Counted from the first letter of the stretch, positions 1 to 13,915 are shown. The stretch is DNA of 64,000 nucleotides from Macrostomum lignano (GCA_002269645.1 NIVC01002722.1:62001-126000); one strand, 5' to 3'. Translations and numbers: made by a program. Notes: a model not told the origin generated them from the sequence alone.

Positions 1-2707
1 ACATTGTCTAACAGGCTTAAAAACTTTTTTAATTAGGGCATTAAAGTATACGCATCAGAGTATCATGCATTTAGAAAAAGATAGTTTAAAGCATCGCATG
101 CTTTATTTTTATTGAATAATTTTCAACTGGAAAGTTCATTTTTAATTCCTACGGTTCTGGAAGACAACAGAATATTTTAAACTTAATGCGGACGCCGTGG
201 GAAACCTTTGGCAAGCATCTGAGTCAAAGACAAAGTCTATTTCCTCTTCAGAACTAGACTATGCATGAAAAATCTGATCCAACCCTTTGAACTGGATCCC
301 ATCATCATGATGGACTGCTCGACACACTTGATCCTAAAAGCTGCAGGCTATACATGTATATACTGTAGCTTCCTAGCTATGTACATGTACATGGTAATCA
401 ACACTTAAAGTTATACTACGCCATATTAACAATTTGATCCATTATGCATCAATTACTGAAACTTGGCTACCGATCGGATCCGACGTTGAAATAATTAAAT
501 CAAGAATGGCAAAGCTGATCAGGTTTGTTTTTATACATTATGTTTTGACGTAACCCTGGCTGCAGAAAAACGCCTGTTCTAATTCCCCTGGGCTGTGCCG
601 CTGAAAGGTACAGCCGCTAGGCGTCATCCCTTAGACTTTGTCTGGTAGTTGACGTTTGCGTCCGAGATCCCATCATCTAGACAGCGGGCCCCGCGGTTAT
701 GTTTGAAGATACACGCCAGAGGCGCGGCTGCCACCAACACCGCAGCAGGGAGTACATGTACACCTCGGGAAAAACTGTCACTAACGATACGGGACACCCC
801 GGTCTGTAACAGACGAGGATTCTTGAACCCAACTGTACTAGAAATGGCCGACTAAGGGACTGTATACGAGGCACACAAGGACCGCTGTCTATGTCAGTGC
901 TGGAAATGAGGACTTTTAAATAGAGAAGGGTTCTTTTAGCTCGTGAGAGGTTTTAGACTACAATTCCCTCCTTGAGCCCCAGGATTCCAAAAATGGATAA
1001 TAGATAACGCCATCTTAATTTTTTTCCTCCTATACATAGATGGGTTCGATGCTGTATTGGCTGGGGAAATGCAGGTCCTAGAGCTCACTCGTGATAATTC
1101 GGCTCATACTATGTAATCTTCCACTTAGCTCTGATCCTCAGCAAGACCTTCCAGACGCGGCCGACGGCCAGGGGCTGTTTGGCCTGCGTGGTCGTCGGAT
1201 GGTCATGGCGGCGGCTGCAGTCACGGATAACCTCCGTCCAGATGAGACGCGTCAGGAGGTCAAAGCCAAGGGAAGTTCAGCTCAGCACCGAAAAGGGAGA
1301 ACGGGCTCCGAACGGTTGTTACAGCTCCAAAGGGGGGAAAAGGAAACAAAAGGGGAAGGAAACGGTCTGTGAACATAGAACGTTGCCTCTCAGAGCTCAA
1401 AACAGCTCTTATTTATAGCCCTGAGATCACGCGTCACGCGATTACGTAAGCGTGATGCGTGATTTTGAAAGCCGTGACTTGTCCTTGACCTCCGTTACCG
1501 AGCAGCCCTGATGACGTCACCCGTCAGTCGTCGCGCTGTGATTGGACGAGAAATTGGGGTATAGCGCGCAGCAGAGAAAAACGATTTATGATGGGGTATT
1601 ACGTACCAGGCAGGAAAAGATTTTGGAGATAGGGGGGAGGTCATAAAACTGTCACACGCATGAATGATTTGGAACAGAATGAATAATCCTATAGCTTGCT
1701 GGCAAATATCGGTTGGCTACTAAAAACTGACAAAATTCTACTAGAAAATTTCCTGAGACTGACTGAGAAGATTTTTCTGCCTATCAAGTGCAATGGGAGC
1801 TGCGCATGTTTAAGCATACAGATGCCAACACAGCAGCCCCAGTTCCCATCAAATTAAGCAACAGTTCCCCACTGACTAAGTACTCAACACACACTTTGCC
1901 AACTTTGCGTAATCCTTGAGCTAGCCCATAAAGTCAACTAAAATCGGTCAACTGAGCTTGAGTAAGTCCATGCATACAAATGAGCCCGCCAGCTAATTGA
2001 ATATACTGCACGCTTTACTCTACTGATTGCCTACCTCTCGTCTCTCGATCAACCAATTGGAGCACTTCTGCAGGAATGAAATGATGAAGAAACTAATCCA
2101 AGCAGCACACATGTAACCCAAGGACTAATAATAACGATAAATATAGATTCATAAAACCTATATGAGTCAAGCTGGGCCATTCTTATCAATTTTAGGTAAA
2201 TATATACATTATGTATTTAGGATGTAAAATTAACATAGAATCCTAAATTTCTAAGCTATATTATAGAGATATAAGAAAGGCACAGCATATCAAAAGATGA
2301 ACATTAGGTTCTGCCTTCTATTAAAAGCTTCCCACGTCCTTCTTATACTTGAGCTACGTCCTTGATGTAGCCTCGATGTGCACTGGCTCCTGCCGCCAGG
2401 CGCAACTAATTTTTATACTGTAAATTGAGGAAGAATTTGCATGAATGCTCAACTTACTTTAAATGCATTTAAAAGCTTTCTCGTTTCAGTTTAATATCAA
2501 TTTTTCTCAAATTTCACTGCTCGGAATTTTCTTACCGTGTGAGGCCTAATTACGATTAATTACGTTGGGCAGCATCTGCGGATACTATGTCCTTTGCTTG
2601 GACTAGTAAACTAATCATTCCATAACACAAACACAAACTAATGACGGGAGTTACGCTTGTACATGTACTATCGACGTAGCTGGGAAAAATCGTATGTACA
2701 AAATGAT

Positions 2708-3290
2708 TGCCTGCAGCGCGAAAAAATGAGTGCCTGCGGTGCCAAAATAAGTGACTGCCTGCGGCGCTAAAATAAGTGCCTGCGGCGCCAAAATAAGTGA
2801 CTGCCTGCGGCGCCAAAATGAGTGCCTGCGGCGCCAAAATAAGTGACTGCCTGCGGCGCCAAAATGAGTGCCTGCGGTGCCAAAATAAGTGACTGCCTGC
2901 GGCGCCAAAATAAGTGACTGCCTGCGGCGCCAAAATGAGTGCCTGCGGCGCCAAAATAAGTGACTGCCTGCGGCGCCAAAATAAGTGACTGCCTGCGGCG
3001 CCAAAATAAGTGACTGCCTGCGGCGCCAAAATAAGTGACTGCCTGCGGCGCCAAAATAAGTGACTGCCTGCGGCGCCAAAATAAGTGACTGCCTGCGGCG
3101 CCAAAATAAGTGACTGCCTGCGGCGCCAAAATAAGTGACTGCCTGCGCCGCCAAAATGAGTGCCTGTGGCGCCAAAATAAGTGCCTACAGCGCCAAAATG
3201 AGTGCCTGTGGCGCCAAAATGAGTGCATGTGACGCCAAAATGAGTGCCTGCGGCGCCAAAACGAGTGCCTGTGGCGTTAAAATGAGTAAC
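2708..3290. repeat. Minisatellite, mixed 25-bp (GCCTGCGGCGCCAAAATAAGTGACT) and 21-bp (GCCTGCGGCGCCAAAATGAGT) units
   Basis: Tandem units read directly; they explain the repetitive ORFs 2556-3329. Confidence 0.95.
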
Positions 3291-4259
3291 AACACCGATT
3301 CCCAAAAAGTAATGTAGGAATTTAGTCATGTAAAATTCTTAGGTTTGTTCCCCCCACCTAAGCATAAAATCCATGGCGACACACCCCTCTTGGCCGATGT
3401 GGCAAGTCTAACGTTGTCATCCATCGTTGTATTCACCGATTAGGAGGCCTCCATGGGTAAACCAACCAGCTGAGCATAAATTCTAATTAACGTTAAAAGC
3501 ACTTTTCGAACTTCCTTAGCCGTGTAGCAAAACTTGGCCGCTTATCGGGAGCTGTAAATCTTCTCAAGACAGGAAACCCGATTAGCGTTAACTAGGGAAA
3601 GGGGATAGCAAGGCTGCTCTTGGACAAAACTGGATAATCAATCGATAGCAACTTTCTCTTCCAGACGCGATCGAAGTCAGAATACGACAGGCTCGCGCGC
3701 TATACTACCAGGAAAGTCAATTTACATGCGCATCGCGGTTATAATTTGACTTAAAGACGACACCGCCGCGCTCGGAAGAAGGGAACTTTTATCGGTTCCA
3801 AGCAGTCAATTGGATACGATTTTATCGGCCAAGTTCTAAGGCGTAGAAATCTCTGACTAGGGTTATACATGTAGGTTATGCATCATAAAGTTGGACAGAC
3901 TGATAGAAAAAGAAGCTTAATTGATAACTAACCGTTTCTTTTTTGCTTATCTTTCGTGCGGCAAATAGCTGAGGTACAACCGATAGAGGCGTTGTCAATT
4001 TTCTGTGCTGAAAGATTCTAAATGTGGTTACCGAAACGTTCCAAATATCTTTAGCAATCGTATATCTACTTCATATTACAGAGTGGGGAATTGGATGTAC
4101 CCATGCACATGTAGCGAAACTACAGACATTTTTGTGTCCAATTTGCATGCCTTTCGGACGGTTTCTGTTTCCATCGATAATTACTAAAACCAAGGTTCAA
4201 CTTAGTTGCCAAGTGAACCCGATTCAGGATTTAGAGATGCCGATTTTGGATCTAGACTG

Positions 4260-4662
4260 CAGGGGTCGGCGAAATCCGGCCCGCGGGCCACGTGCAGCCT
4301 GCGAAGCCTCTCTATCCTCTCATGTCTGTCTTCAGCTCTCGCTCTTCTCTCCTCCTCTCCTCTCTGCCCTCTCCTATTCCCTCTCTTCTCTCGAGCCTCT
4401 CTCCTCTCCCCTCTCTTCTCTTCCTCCACTCTCCCCTCTCTCCCTCTACCCTTTCCTCTCCCTCCCCTCTCTCCCCTCTCCTTTCCCCCTCTCCTCTCTC
4501 TCCTCTTTTCTCCTCTTATCTTTTGCCTTTCTCTCATCCCATCTCTCGCCTCTGTTCTCGTCTCTCCTTCTCTACGAGCTCGCATTCCCTCTCTTTTCCT
4601 CTCTCATATGGCCCGCTGGTTTCCTTATCTGGCCCTTGGGTAAATAAGTTTGCCAACCCCTG
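4260..4662. mobile_element. hAT (Charlie-like) MITE remnant with internal CT-rich expansion
   Basis: Termini CAGGGGTCGGCGAA (4260) and TTTGCCAACCCCTG (4649-4662) are imperfect inverted repeats. Subterminal GGCCCGCGGGCC motif is typical of hAT MITEs. No matching 8-bp TSD. Confidence 0.6.
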
Positions 4663-5215
4663 AGCTAAAGACACTAACTGGGTTTCTAAGGACGCTGATT
4701 TAGCATTACTAGTCAAAAACGCCAATTTCGGATCCATGGGCTTTAATCAGGTTTCTAGGGTCACAAACGGGATCGAGGGACACAATTCTGGTTGCTAGGG
4801 ACTTGACATGGGACCCAGGATCACTAAATCTGGTTGCTCAAGGATGTACATGTAGGATCACCGACTTAGGTTGCTATAGACATACAGCAAGACAAGCCTT
4901 ATTAGGCAAGTAAAGTCGATCCCCAAAAGGCAGACAGATCCCCAAAATTTCCCAAGCACCATTCGTCATTGCTACGTACAAGGCATCGAGGCAAGGGGGG
5001 GGGTTTCAAGGAAATTACAGGATAAATGCAAAATCCGATTGGTTGCAGAAGCCATCCACCAATCAAACTGACCTGGGGATCAGTTGTTAGAAATCATTTC
5101 GAAAGTTAGAATATGGCTGCCCCAATATCCCAGGGACTTCAAGACAATATTGAAAACTATTTATTACCGAGTAGTTTGAATTCTACATGTATAAGAATCG
5201 GAACTGCTAATTGAC

Positions 5216-7834
5216 ATGGCTCGGGGCGGCGGCGCAAGCGGTAGGGTCAGGTTCCATAGCGTTTCAACAATCAGCGCCCAGTCGCAGTCGGAGTCTGGAA
5301 GTTTGCACGGAGACACTAGTAGACGCGGAAATATCACCGGAGGGAGTCTGTTCAGCTTCATCAATAGCGGATGCTTCTTTCATCGGAGTGGGAAGTTGGC
5401 GCAGTACTGCCCGAGCCGTCTGACGGACTATCGCTGCATCATGTGGACAGAGGGTAGCAGCGAGGAAGGACTCGACGACTCGTCAACTGCTTCGTTGGCT
5501 TCCACTGGCGGTAAGAACTAACAGCATCCGTCATCATAATTGAATTTCACCTTTGCTTGAAATCAAAGAGGTCGACGGCTCCTCATAGAAGGAATTTTTT
5601 TCCAAATTAAAGGTGATGAGTTATCTTTTGATGGGATGCTTGTTAATTAGTCAGCACCAAGGACTGCATGGTAGATGTAACACGTATCAGTAAGATGGGT
5701 GCCTCAGGAAAAGAAAAAAACTAGACAGAGGATTTGAACTGAAGAGAGCAAAGAAAGTTACAGTGCATGAATAAAAATAAAGTCATGCAAAGTCGTGAAG
5801 AGAAAGACCATATGCAGAGAAAACCAAAAGACCCACAAGGAAAGTGAAAGATTCTAACAGTACATAAATAAATATCAGCAGAAGTAGCTTGAGTGCGATT
5901 GAAAACATTTAATTTCCTTTCCATCGCAACAGCTGGAGGCAGAATTTTAAGTGTCCTGCAGCAGCAGCAGCAACGCCAGCTTCAAGCATCAGCCTCTGCG
6001 TCCCAATTGTCCACAACCGATCAGCCCGTTGCCTGGGATATTGAATGCACGGGGAATTACTCAAGCGAAATTCTTCGTCAGCTGGACTGCTTCCTGCCTC
6101 TGGCACTGCTGATTTTCGGCACTCTGACCAACTGTCTGACCGGCCGGTTGCTCCTCACCTACAGCGGGCGTCAGCTACCAGTCTGTCTCTACCTGATGCT
6201 TCTGGCCTGCACAGACACGGTTCTGCTGTGGAGCCGGTGCCTCGACCTGTGGATGCAATCGGCCCTGGACGTGAAACTCAGCCTGAGCCTGGCTCTGATG
6301 GACGAGTCCAGTTGCCAGCTGATTAATCTGGCCTACTCATCCTTGTACCATTTTAAATCTCTGCTACAAACGGCACTGGCGATTGACACTTATCGATTAG
6401 TGCGCCAACCATTTGACCGGGTGAACAGCTACTCCCGAGAGTGGGTTAAGAACAGCACCATTCTTGCCTGCGTGCTGGTTGTCTTGTTCAACGCGCACCA
6501 CCTGTGGACTCTCACGATTGTGACGGAGAGCCCATTAGCCAGTGGAGATACCACCAATAGAATTCTGCACTGCGGTTGGACCGAGCGCTGGCCAATCACA
6601 GACACGTTCACCAATTGGTTCTGGCCAATAGGCGATCTCCTAGTTGGTGACGTCATTCCCGTGACGCTGACAATACTATTCTCATTGGCCAGTTTGTGCT
6701 GGTTAATTTCCGGTTGGAAAAACCGATTGCGGAATGATGTCTCGATGTAAGTACGACCTTTTGAACACATTTTGACTTGAAGAAATGTCCAGTAATTCCC
6801 AAAAACAGACCTTAATTCGCACAAAGGTTGTGGGCAGCCTGGCGAAGTCGATTCGGCGAAATTTTACCGGAAGTTTACCAGATTGTGTTATCTGCTTTTA
6901 GATAGCCTGACCAAATCCGAATCCCACGAAGTGGGAGTTTTTGATTATTTTAAATGAATAGATCACTTAACCCTGGGCTAGTGACAAAGGCTCTGAATTT
7001 TAATACTCAGAAAAAACCGCTTTTAAGGTTTTCAAGATGGTGCTGAGAAAAGATTCGTTCACTTTAAATGTGCTTCATGGTAGCAATTTAATTTACAGTC
7101 TAACCAGCAACAGTTATTTTTTCCCTGTTTTCTATAGTGCCTCAACGGCTATCAAAGCACTCGAAAAGCTCTTGGTTCGGTACCAGTTTCAGCGTAGTGA
7201 CAAAATGGATTGATTTTTTAATTGCAGAAATCAGCAGCAGCAGCAGCAAAAGCGGCGGCTATTATTGCAGTACGTCATCGATTCGGAGCTCTACTGCAGC
7301 ATACAGACAGGACTGGTGGCTTGCTGCTTTGGCTATGCGCTGCTGTGCCTGTTACCGGCTGTGTACAACTGTTTGATGCACCTGCACTACCACCTATTGA
7401 GAGCTGGCACTCATCCGCATGTGCGGAGGCAACAGCGAGAGAATTGGCTAAAATTTGGCCAACAGCATCAAACAGCATCGGTTTATCAGATCGATGACGA
7501 GTTGTACCTCTACATGAGCAGACTGCTGACTTCGATACAACTGTGCGCCAGTCCTCTGCTGCTCATGGCCACTGTACCAAGATTTCGTCACGATTTCAGA
7601 CGCTTGTGCGCAACCGGATGTCTGCGTTTGATTAAACCTTTCCACGAGTATTCGTCTAGAATAATTTGGCGCGTTAGAAAACGTAGCCGAAAAGCGGCTA
7701 TTCGACACGATAGAACCGACTGGCAAGCTCAAAACTTTGAAATCGACAACAGTTATGGAGGAGACGACAGGCAGGACTGCTGGAATCCAATGCTGACGAT
7801 GGTGCCGCCACCGCCTCCGCCGCCTGTTCTGTGA
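5216..7834 (+). CDS. Atypical rhodopsin-like (class A) 7TM GPCR; model join(5216..5510,5933..6746,7228..7834)
   Basis: ORF 5893-6750 has TM1-5-like hydrophobic segments with LAIDTY at the DRY position. GTAAGT donor at 6747 (phase 2) joins acceptor TTGCAG/7228 in frame with the ORF holding TM6-7. Exon 1 (donor GTAAG 5511, phase 1; acceptor 5933) is phase-compatible but less certain. Confidence 0.75.
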
Positions 7835-7874
7835 TTAAGATTAAGATTAAGATTAAGTTAAGATTAAGATTAAG
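7833..7874. repeat. (GATTAA)n hexamer repeat overlapping the GPCR stop codon
   Basis: About 7 units read directly. Confidence 0.9.
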
Positions 7875-8283
7875 ACATCCTTCAATGCACTTCTTCGACC
7901 TATTTGTTGTTATCGGAAGTTAATTAATTCGATAAAAGTTTCCTCTAATTTAATAGCAAATCAAAACTATTTAATTTATATTTACGAAAATACAATGCAT
8001 CGTATTTATCATTAAGATTTGAATCATGGTTAACTAATGCGAGCTAGCTAGTCTATCAGCACTTATTCTGAAATACTTCTATTAGCAAAATATAGCTAAT
8101 CAAAAAAGTTGTTGGGTCATTAACACCGAGTTAGGATTTACGCAGAGTTGAAAGAAAGCTGCTGCACACCAACAGGCGATAAAGTGAGGCCAGTGCAGGG
8201 TATTTTGATGGTGGAAAAGAATGGAAAATTGATAGATCACCAAGCAACCCTTCAAAAACGCCCGATTGGAACCGAGGCCGGAG

Positions 8284-8655
8284 CAAGGCCAAAATCGATA
8301 AAACAGGGCGTGGGTCGGCGGGCCGAGGAGGGGTGGAAAAGGGGGGTGAGGGACGGACTGGAAATCTGATAAGCACTAGCGACCACCCCTCCCCCGCGCG
8401 CGCGAAGAGGCAACAAAGCAATAGTGGGGGAGGGGTAGAAAAGTTAGTGGGGGAGAGAGGGGGGAGGGGTAAGGGACGGACTTGAAAACCGTTAGAACAA
8501 CAATCACTCTCTCATGCACAAACGGGCAAGGCCAAAATCGATAAAACGAAGCCTGGGTCAGCGGGAAAAAAAGAGGGTGAGGGACGGACTGGAAAACTGA
8601 TAAGCACTAGCCACCACCCCTCCCTCTGAGAAGAGGCAACAAATCGATAAAGTGA
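8284..8655. repeat. Imperfect local direct duplication (~120 bp)
   Basis: GCAAGGCCAAAATCGATAAAAC...GAGGGACGGACTGGAAA...GATAAGCACTAGC occurs at ~8284 and ~8526. Confidence 0.8.
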
Positions 8656-8866
8656 GGAGATGGGGGAAGAAAAATTAAGGGGTTGTGGGATGGGGGAAGA
8701 AAGTGTTACAGAAAACTGTTAGCGACACCTCACGCGCTCAGCTGCGTCTAGACTAGCTTAAAATGAAAATCGATAAACTTGATCAACCCCAAAATTTAAA
8801 ATTGACACAACAGGCGCAGGCGCAAAAAAATTGTTGTTTTATAAAGTTGAATTACTTATTAAAAAA

Positions 8867-11385
8867 TTACAGAAGCCCCAAACCCAGTTTTTCATTCGCC
8901 CTATCAGCCACAAACTCGGCAATCGCCAACGACGACGTGGCAGCAGGCGAGGGCGCATTGCAGACGTGCATCACACGACCCTCGGAATCGCCTACAATAA
9001 CAAAATCGTCAACCAAAGCGCCCGTATCGGCAAGGGCCTGAGCTCGAACCCCGCTAGGACCTCTAGCCACGTCGTCTCGACTCAACGACGGCACAAATCG
9101 TCGTAATTCTTCCACCATTGCGCCAGTGTCGATAACCCGACGAAGTTCTCGCAGTCCCGGACCAATATTGGCTGCTAGTAGTCTCCACAGGCCCGGCTTG
9201 CTCAACGCATCGGCCAAATCTCTGGCACTGATATCCCACAGACCGTAGCCTTCTCGTTTGAAAGCCAATACAGCGTTGGGCCCCAGCCACACTGAGCCGT
9301 CAACTCTGGGCGTGAAATGAACTCCCAGGAATGGGAATCTGGGATCGGGCACTGGGTAGATGTTGCCACGGACTAGCGACTCTCGGCCAGGACGAAGGAC
9401 CAGATAATCTCCCCGAAATGGTACGATAGATGGCGGCGGCGGTGGAGACTGAGCAGTCTTAGAATCCGATGATGCGTCATCCTTGGTTAGAGTCATGGCG
9501 GCGACGCGGTCGCTGTGCAGGCCGGCGCATGTGATGAGGCGTCGGCAGCTGACCGATTCGCCCGTGGCGGGTTGAAGAGTCAACGGGTAGCCTGCCGGAC
9601 GGATATGGATGACTGAGATTCTTAAAGAACGAAATGAGATTCTCAAGGGATGTGGTGAGATTCTCAAATGGATGTGGTGAGATTCTCAAGGGATGTGGTG
9701 AGATTCTCAAATGGATGTGGTGAGATTCTCAAGGGATGTGGTGAGATTCTCAAGGGATGCGGTGAGATTCTCAAGGGATGCGGTGAGATTCTCAAGGGAT
9801 GCGGTGAGATTCTCAAGGGATGCGGTGAGATTCTCAAGGGATGCGGTGAGATTCTCAAGGGATGTGGTGAGATTCTTATGGGATGTGGTGAGATTCTTAT
9901 GGGATTTGATGAGATTCTTATGGGATTGTAATGATATTCTCAAATATATGTGGTGAGATTCTCAAAGGGATGTGGGGAGATTCCCAAGGGATGTGGTGAG
10001 ATTCTCAAAAGGATGTGGTGAGATTCTCAAGGGATAGGGTGAAATTTTGGGCTGTAAGGGCGAGGAGAGAGATTGTTAACAATTTTACTGACAATTCCGC
10101 AACCAGCCTACTAACACCGCTAAAATAAGTAGCAAAGTGTAGACAATAAAGCACAAACCATTCGGTTCCGACAGCTGCGCAGAATCGAAGCGGACGGAAG
10201 TGAGTTCAAAGCCCAGACGAATTTCGCCGCCAGAGGTCAGAAAATCGTCCCCGAAGGAGCGGGTCACGGCGCCAAAGTCGGCGATACCCGTGTGCGGCGA
10301 GTGCAAAGCCCGAAGGCCACCGGTGCAGTTGGGCTCTACGGCGAGAATCTCCGATTGGTTAGTCAGCAAACGAAGGTCCGGGACTCGATTCTCCTCGCCG
10401 CGGCGTTTTAATTCTGCTAGCCTGAGAAAATATAGGTTCTTTATTATAACAAATAGTATAACCAATGTGCGTATTATGCTACTAATTTTCCAAGTAGGAA
10501 TGTAGCGAATATGATTTATAATTATTTAAAATCATATTTAATCACTTAATTAATTAATATGCACTAGAGATAGGGTGAGATTTCTTACTGACGTGGTGAG
10601 ATTTCTTAGGAACAGGGTGAGGTTTCTTAGGGACAGGGTGGGAGTTTATAGAAATTGGGTGAGATTCTTCAGGGATGGGGCGAGATTCTTTAGGAATAGG
10701 GTAAGATTCCTTAGGGATGGAGTGAGATTTTTTAGGGATAGGGTGAAATTCTTTAGGTATGGGGTGAGATTTTTTAAGGACGGGTGAGATTTTTTAGGAA
10801 TAGGGTAAGATTCTTTAAGATAGGGTGAGACTTTTTAGGGATAGGGTGAAATTCTTTAGGGATGTGGTGAGATTCCCTAGAGATAGGGTGAGATTCTTTA
10901 GGGATGGGGTGAGATTCTTTAGGGATAGGGTAAGATTATTTAGGGATGGGGTGAAATTCTTTAGGGATGGGGTGAGATTCTCAAGGGATGGGGTGAGATT
11001 CTTTAGGTATGGTGCAAGACTCTCTAGGACTGTAGAATGAGATTTTTAGATCTCAGACCTAAGGTACTCACCTATCAAACTCGCCTTCCCTAGTGGCCAC
11101 AATGAGTTTGCCAACCTTCTTACACGGCAGCCGTCTAGCATCGCAATAGTCGTACATGAGCCGCATTCCGCGAACGCACAGCTTAGCTTTCAAACTGCCA
11201 GGCTGATAATAAATTCCCGCGTGAATCACGCCTGAGTTGTGGCCGCTCTGATGCCGGGCCAAGCCGGACTCTTTTTCCAGTAGGAGGCAGCGAAGTTTTG
11301 GCCACCGTTTCGTCACTTCACGGGCTGTGGCAGCGCCAACAATACCGCCGCCTACGATGGCCAAGTCGAAGCGGTGACCCGGCAT
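8867..11385 (-). CDS. L2HGDH: L-2-hydroxyglutarate dehydrogenase; complement(join(8867..9591,10159..10421,11072..11385)), ~433 aa
   Basis: FAD motif FDLAIVGGGIVG, HQSGHNSGVIHAGIYY, IVPFRGDY, VPDPRFPFLGVHFTP, NAPSPAATSSLAIA. GT-AG introns with matching phases (2, 1). Confidence 0.93.
9620..10040. repeat. Intronic 21-bp minisatellite (GTGGTGAGATTCTCAAGGGAT), L2HGDH intron 2
   Basis: Tandem units read directly. Confidence 0.95.
10570..11020. repeat. Intronic ~21-bp degenerate minisatellite (GGTGAGATTCTTTAGGGATAG), L2HGDH intron 1
   Basis: Tandem units read directly. Confidence 0.9.
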
Positions 11386-11454
11386 GGTGGACAGGGGCTG
11401 CAGATGGGGAACGTTTGGTGAATGGGGATCTTTTCACTACTAGATGGCTGGTCT

Positions 11455-12815
11455 CTCGATCTTACCCTCCCGACTATCAATCTTACCCTCCCGACTATCA
11501 ATCTCACCCTCCCGACTCTCGATCTCACCCTCCGACTATCAATCTTACCCTCCCGACTATCAATCTCACCCTCCCGACTATCAATCTCACCCTTCCGACT
11601 CTCGATCTCACCCTCCGACTATCAGTCTCACCCTCCCGACTATCAATCTCACCCTTCCGACTCTCGATCTCAACCTCCGACTATCAGTCTCACCCTCCGA
11701 GTTTGAATCCACCCTCCGACTATCAATCTCACCCTCCCAACTATCAATCTCACCCTTCCGACTCTCGATCTCAACCTCCGACTATCAGTCTCACCCTCCG
11801 AGTTTGAATCCACCCTCCGACTATCAATCTCACCCTCCCAACTATCAATCTCACCCTTCCGACTCTCGATCTCAACCTCCGACGATCAGTCTCACCCTCC
11901 GAGTTTGAATCCACCCTTCGACTATCAATCTCACCCTCCCAACTATCAATCTCACCCTTCCGACTATCGATCTCACCCTCCGACTATCAATCTCACCCTC
12001 CCGACTATCAATCTCACCCTTCCGACTCTCGATCTCACAGGCCTGAGACTATCAGTGACTATCAGTGTCACCCTCCGAGTTTGAATCCACCCTCCGACTA
12101 TCAATCTCACCCTCCCAACTATCAATCTCACCCTTCCGACTATCGATCTCACCCTCCGACTATCAATCTCACCCTCCCGACTATCAATCTCACCCTTCCG
12201 ACTCTCGATCTCACAGGCCTGAGACTATCAGTGACTATCAGTGTCACCCTCCGAGTTTGAATCCACCCTCCGACTATCAATCTCACCCTCCCGAGTATCA
12301 CACCCTAATCTCAATTATTCTCACCATCCGAATATCAATCTCAACCTTCAACTATCAATCTCACCCTCCGAGTTTGAATCCACTCTCCGGCTATCAATCT
12401 CACCCTCCCGACTATCAATCTCACCCTCCCGACTATCAATCTCACTCTCCCGACTATCACACCCTAATCTCAATCAATCTCATTATCCGAATATCAATCT
12501 CAACCTTCAACTATCAATCTCACCCTGTAACTATTAATCTCACCATTTGATTATCAATCTCAACCTCTCGACTATCAATCTCACCCTCCAAACTATCAAT
12601 CTCACCCTCTCGACTATCAATATCACCCCCAAACTATCAATCTCACCCTCTAAACTATCAATCTCACCCTCTAAACTATCAATCTCACCCTCTAAACTAT
12701 CAATTTCACCCTCTAAACTATCAATCTCACCCTCCAAACTATCAATCTCACCCTCCAAACTATCAATCTCACCCTCTAAACTATCAATCTCACCCTCTAA
12801 ACTATCAATCTCACC
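11455..12815. repeat. 21-22-bp minisatellite (CTATCAATCTCACCCTCCCGA) with higher-order blocks
   Basis: Tandem units read directly; its reverse complement contains GGTGAGATT. Confidence 0.95.
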
Positions 12816-13244
12816 ATATGCCTCACCCAATCCTCCCAAAAGCTCACAGAAACGCAATAAAAATAACCAACAGAAAAAACCACAGAATTCTGTGGAAAAA
12901 ACCGCGTGTTCAATTAATCAGGTTTCAATACTGGACATCTGTCTAACAATTCTCTTTACAACAGTACACATAGAAAGGCACAATATCAATTTACTTAGGC
13001 ATCAATTAAATGTAAGTCTTGAAAATAAAGTGTTAATAATATCTGACTAATATTTCATTTATTCATCTAAAGAACAGGGGTTTTGCTATACAAGTAGAAG
13101 ACATATAAAGCCTTGAAAAATCAATAATAATTTCTAAAAAGACTACACGATTGTCAGTAGGAACATCACGATATCAGAAATCTTCTGCTATCAAATGAGC
13201 AGCAGAATTTTAGTAACTCAGAAAGTCTCAAGGGAGACAGAAGA

Positions 13245-13915
13245 GTCAGTAAGGATGTCAGAAGAGTCAGTAATGATGTCAGAAGAGTCAGTAATGACGT
13301 CAGAAGAGTCAGTAATGACGTCAGAAGAGTCAATAAGGATGTCAGAAGAGTCAGTAATGATGTCAGAAGAGTCAGTAATGACGTCAGAAGAGTCAGTAAT
13401 GACGTCAGAAGAGTCAATAAGGATGTCAGAAGAGTCAGTAAGGATGTCAGAAGAGTCAGTAAGGATGTCAGAAGAGTCAGTAAGGATGTCAGAAGGTCAT
13501 TAAGGATGTCAGAAGAGTCAATAAGGATGTCAGGTCATTAAGGATGTCAGAAGAGTCAGTGATGGCGTCAGAAGAGTCAGTAAGGATATCAGAAGAGTCA
13601 GTTCAAGGATGCCAGAAGAGTCAGTTTAAGGATGTCAGAAGAGTCAGTTTAAGGACGTCAGAGGAGTCAGTAAGGATGTCAGAAGAGTCAGAAAGGATGT
13701 CAGAAGAGTCAGTTTAAGGATGTCAGAAGAGTCAGAAAGGATGTCAGAAGAACCAGTAAGGATGTCAGAAGAGTCAGTAAGGATGTCAGAAGAACCAGTA
13801 AGGATGTCAGAAGAGTCAATAAGGACGTCAGAGGAGTCAGTAATGACGTCAGAGGAGTCAGTAAGGATGTCAGAAGAGTCAATAAGGACGTCAGAGGAGT
13901 CAGTAAGGATGTCAG
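13245..13915. repeat. 21-bp minisatellite (GATGTCAGAAGAGTCAGTAAG) just downstream of the FMO stop
   Basis: Tandem units read directly. Confidence 0.95.

Noticed and set aside
1426-1545. Palindromic ATCACGC cluster, CRE (TGACGTCA 1512-1519) and inverted CCAAT
   Set aside because: Promoter-like, but short motifs occur by chance and no linked transcript is identifiable.
2556-3329. Long repetitive ORFs (also at 9664-9956, 11298-13050, 13166-13503, 20093-20549, 30190-31586, 31938-32483)
   Set aside because: Translations of minisatellites with no stop in the unit; many lie inside introns of reconstructed genes.
7137-7227. Alternative GPCR acceptor TCTATAG at 7137
   Set aside because: Joining in phase 2 gives a stop before TM6; the 7227 acceptor keeps the frame.
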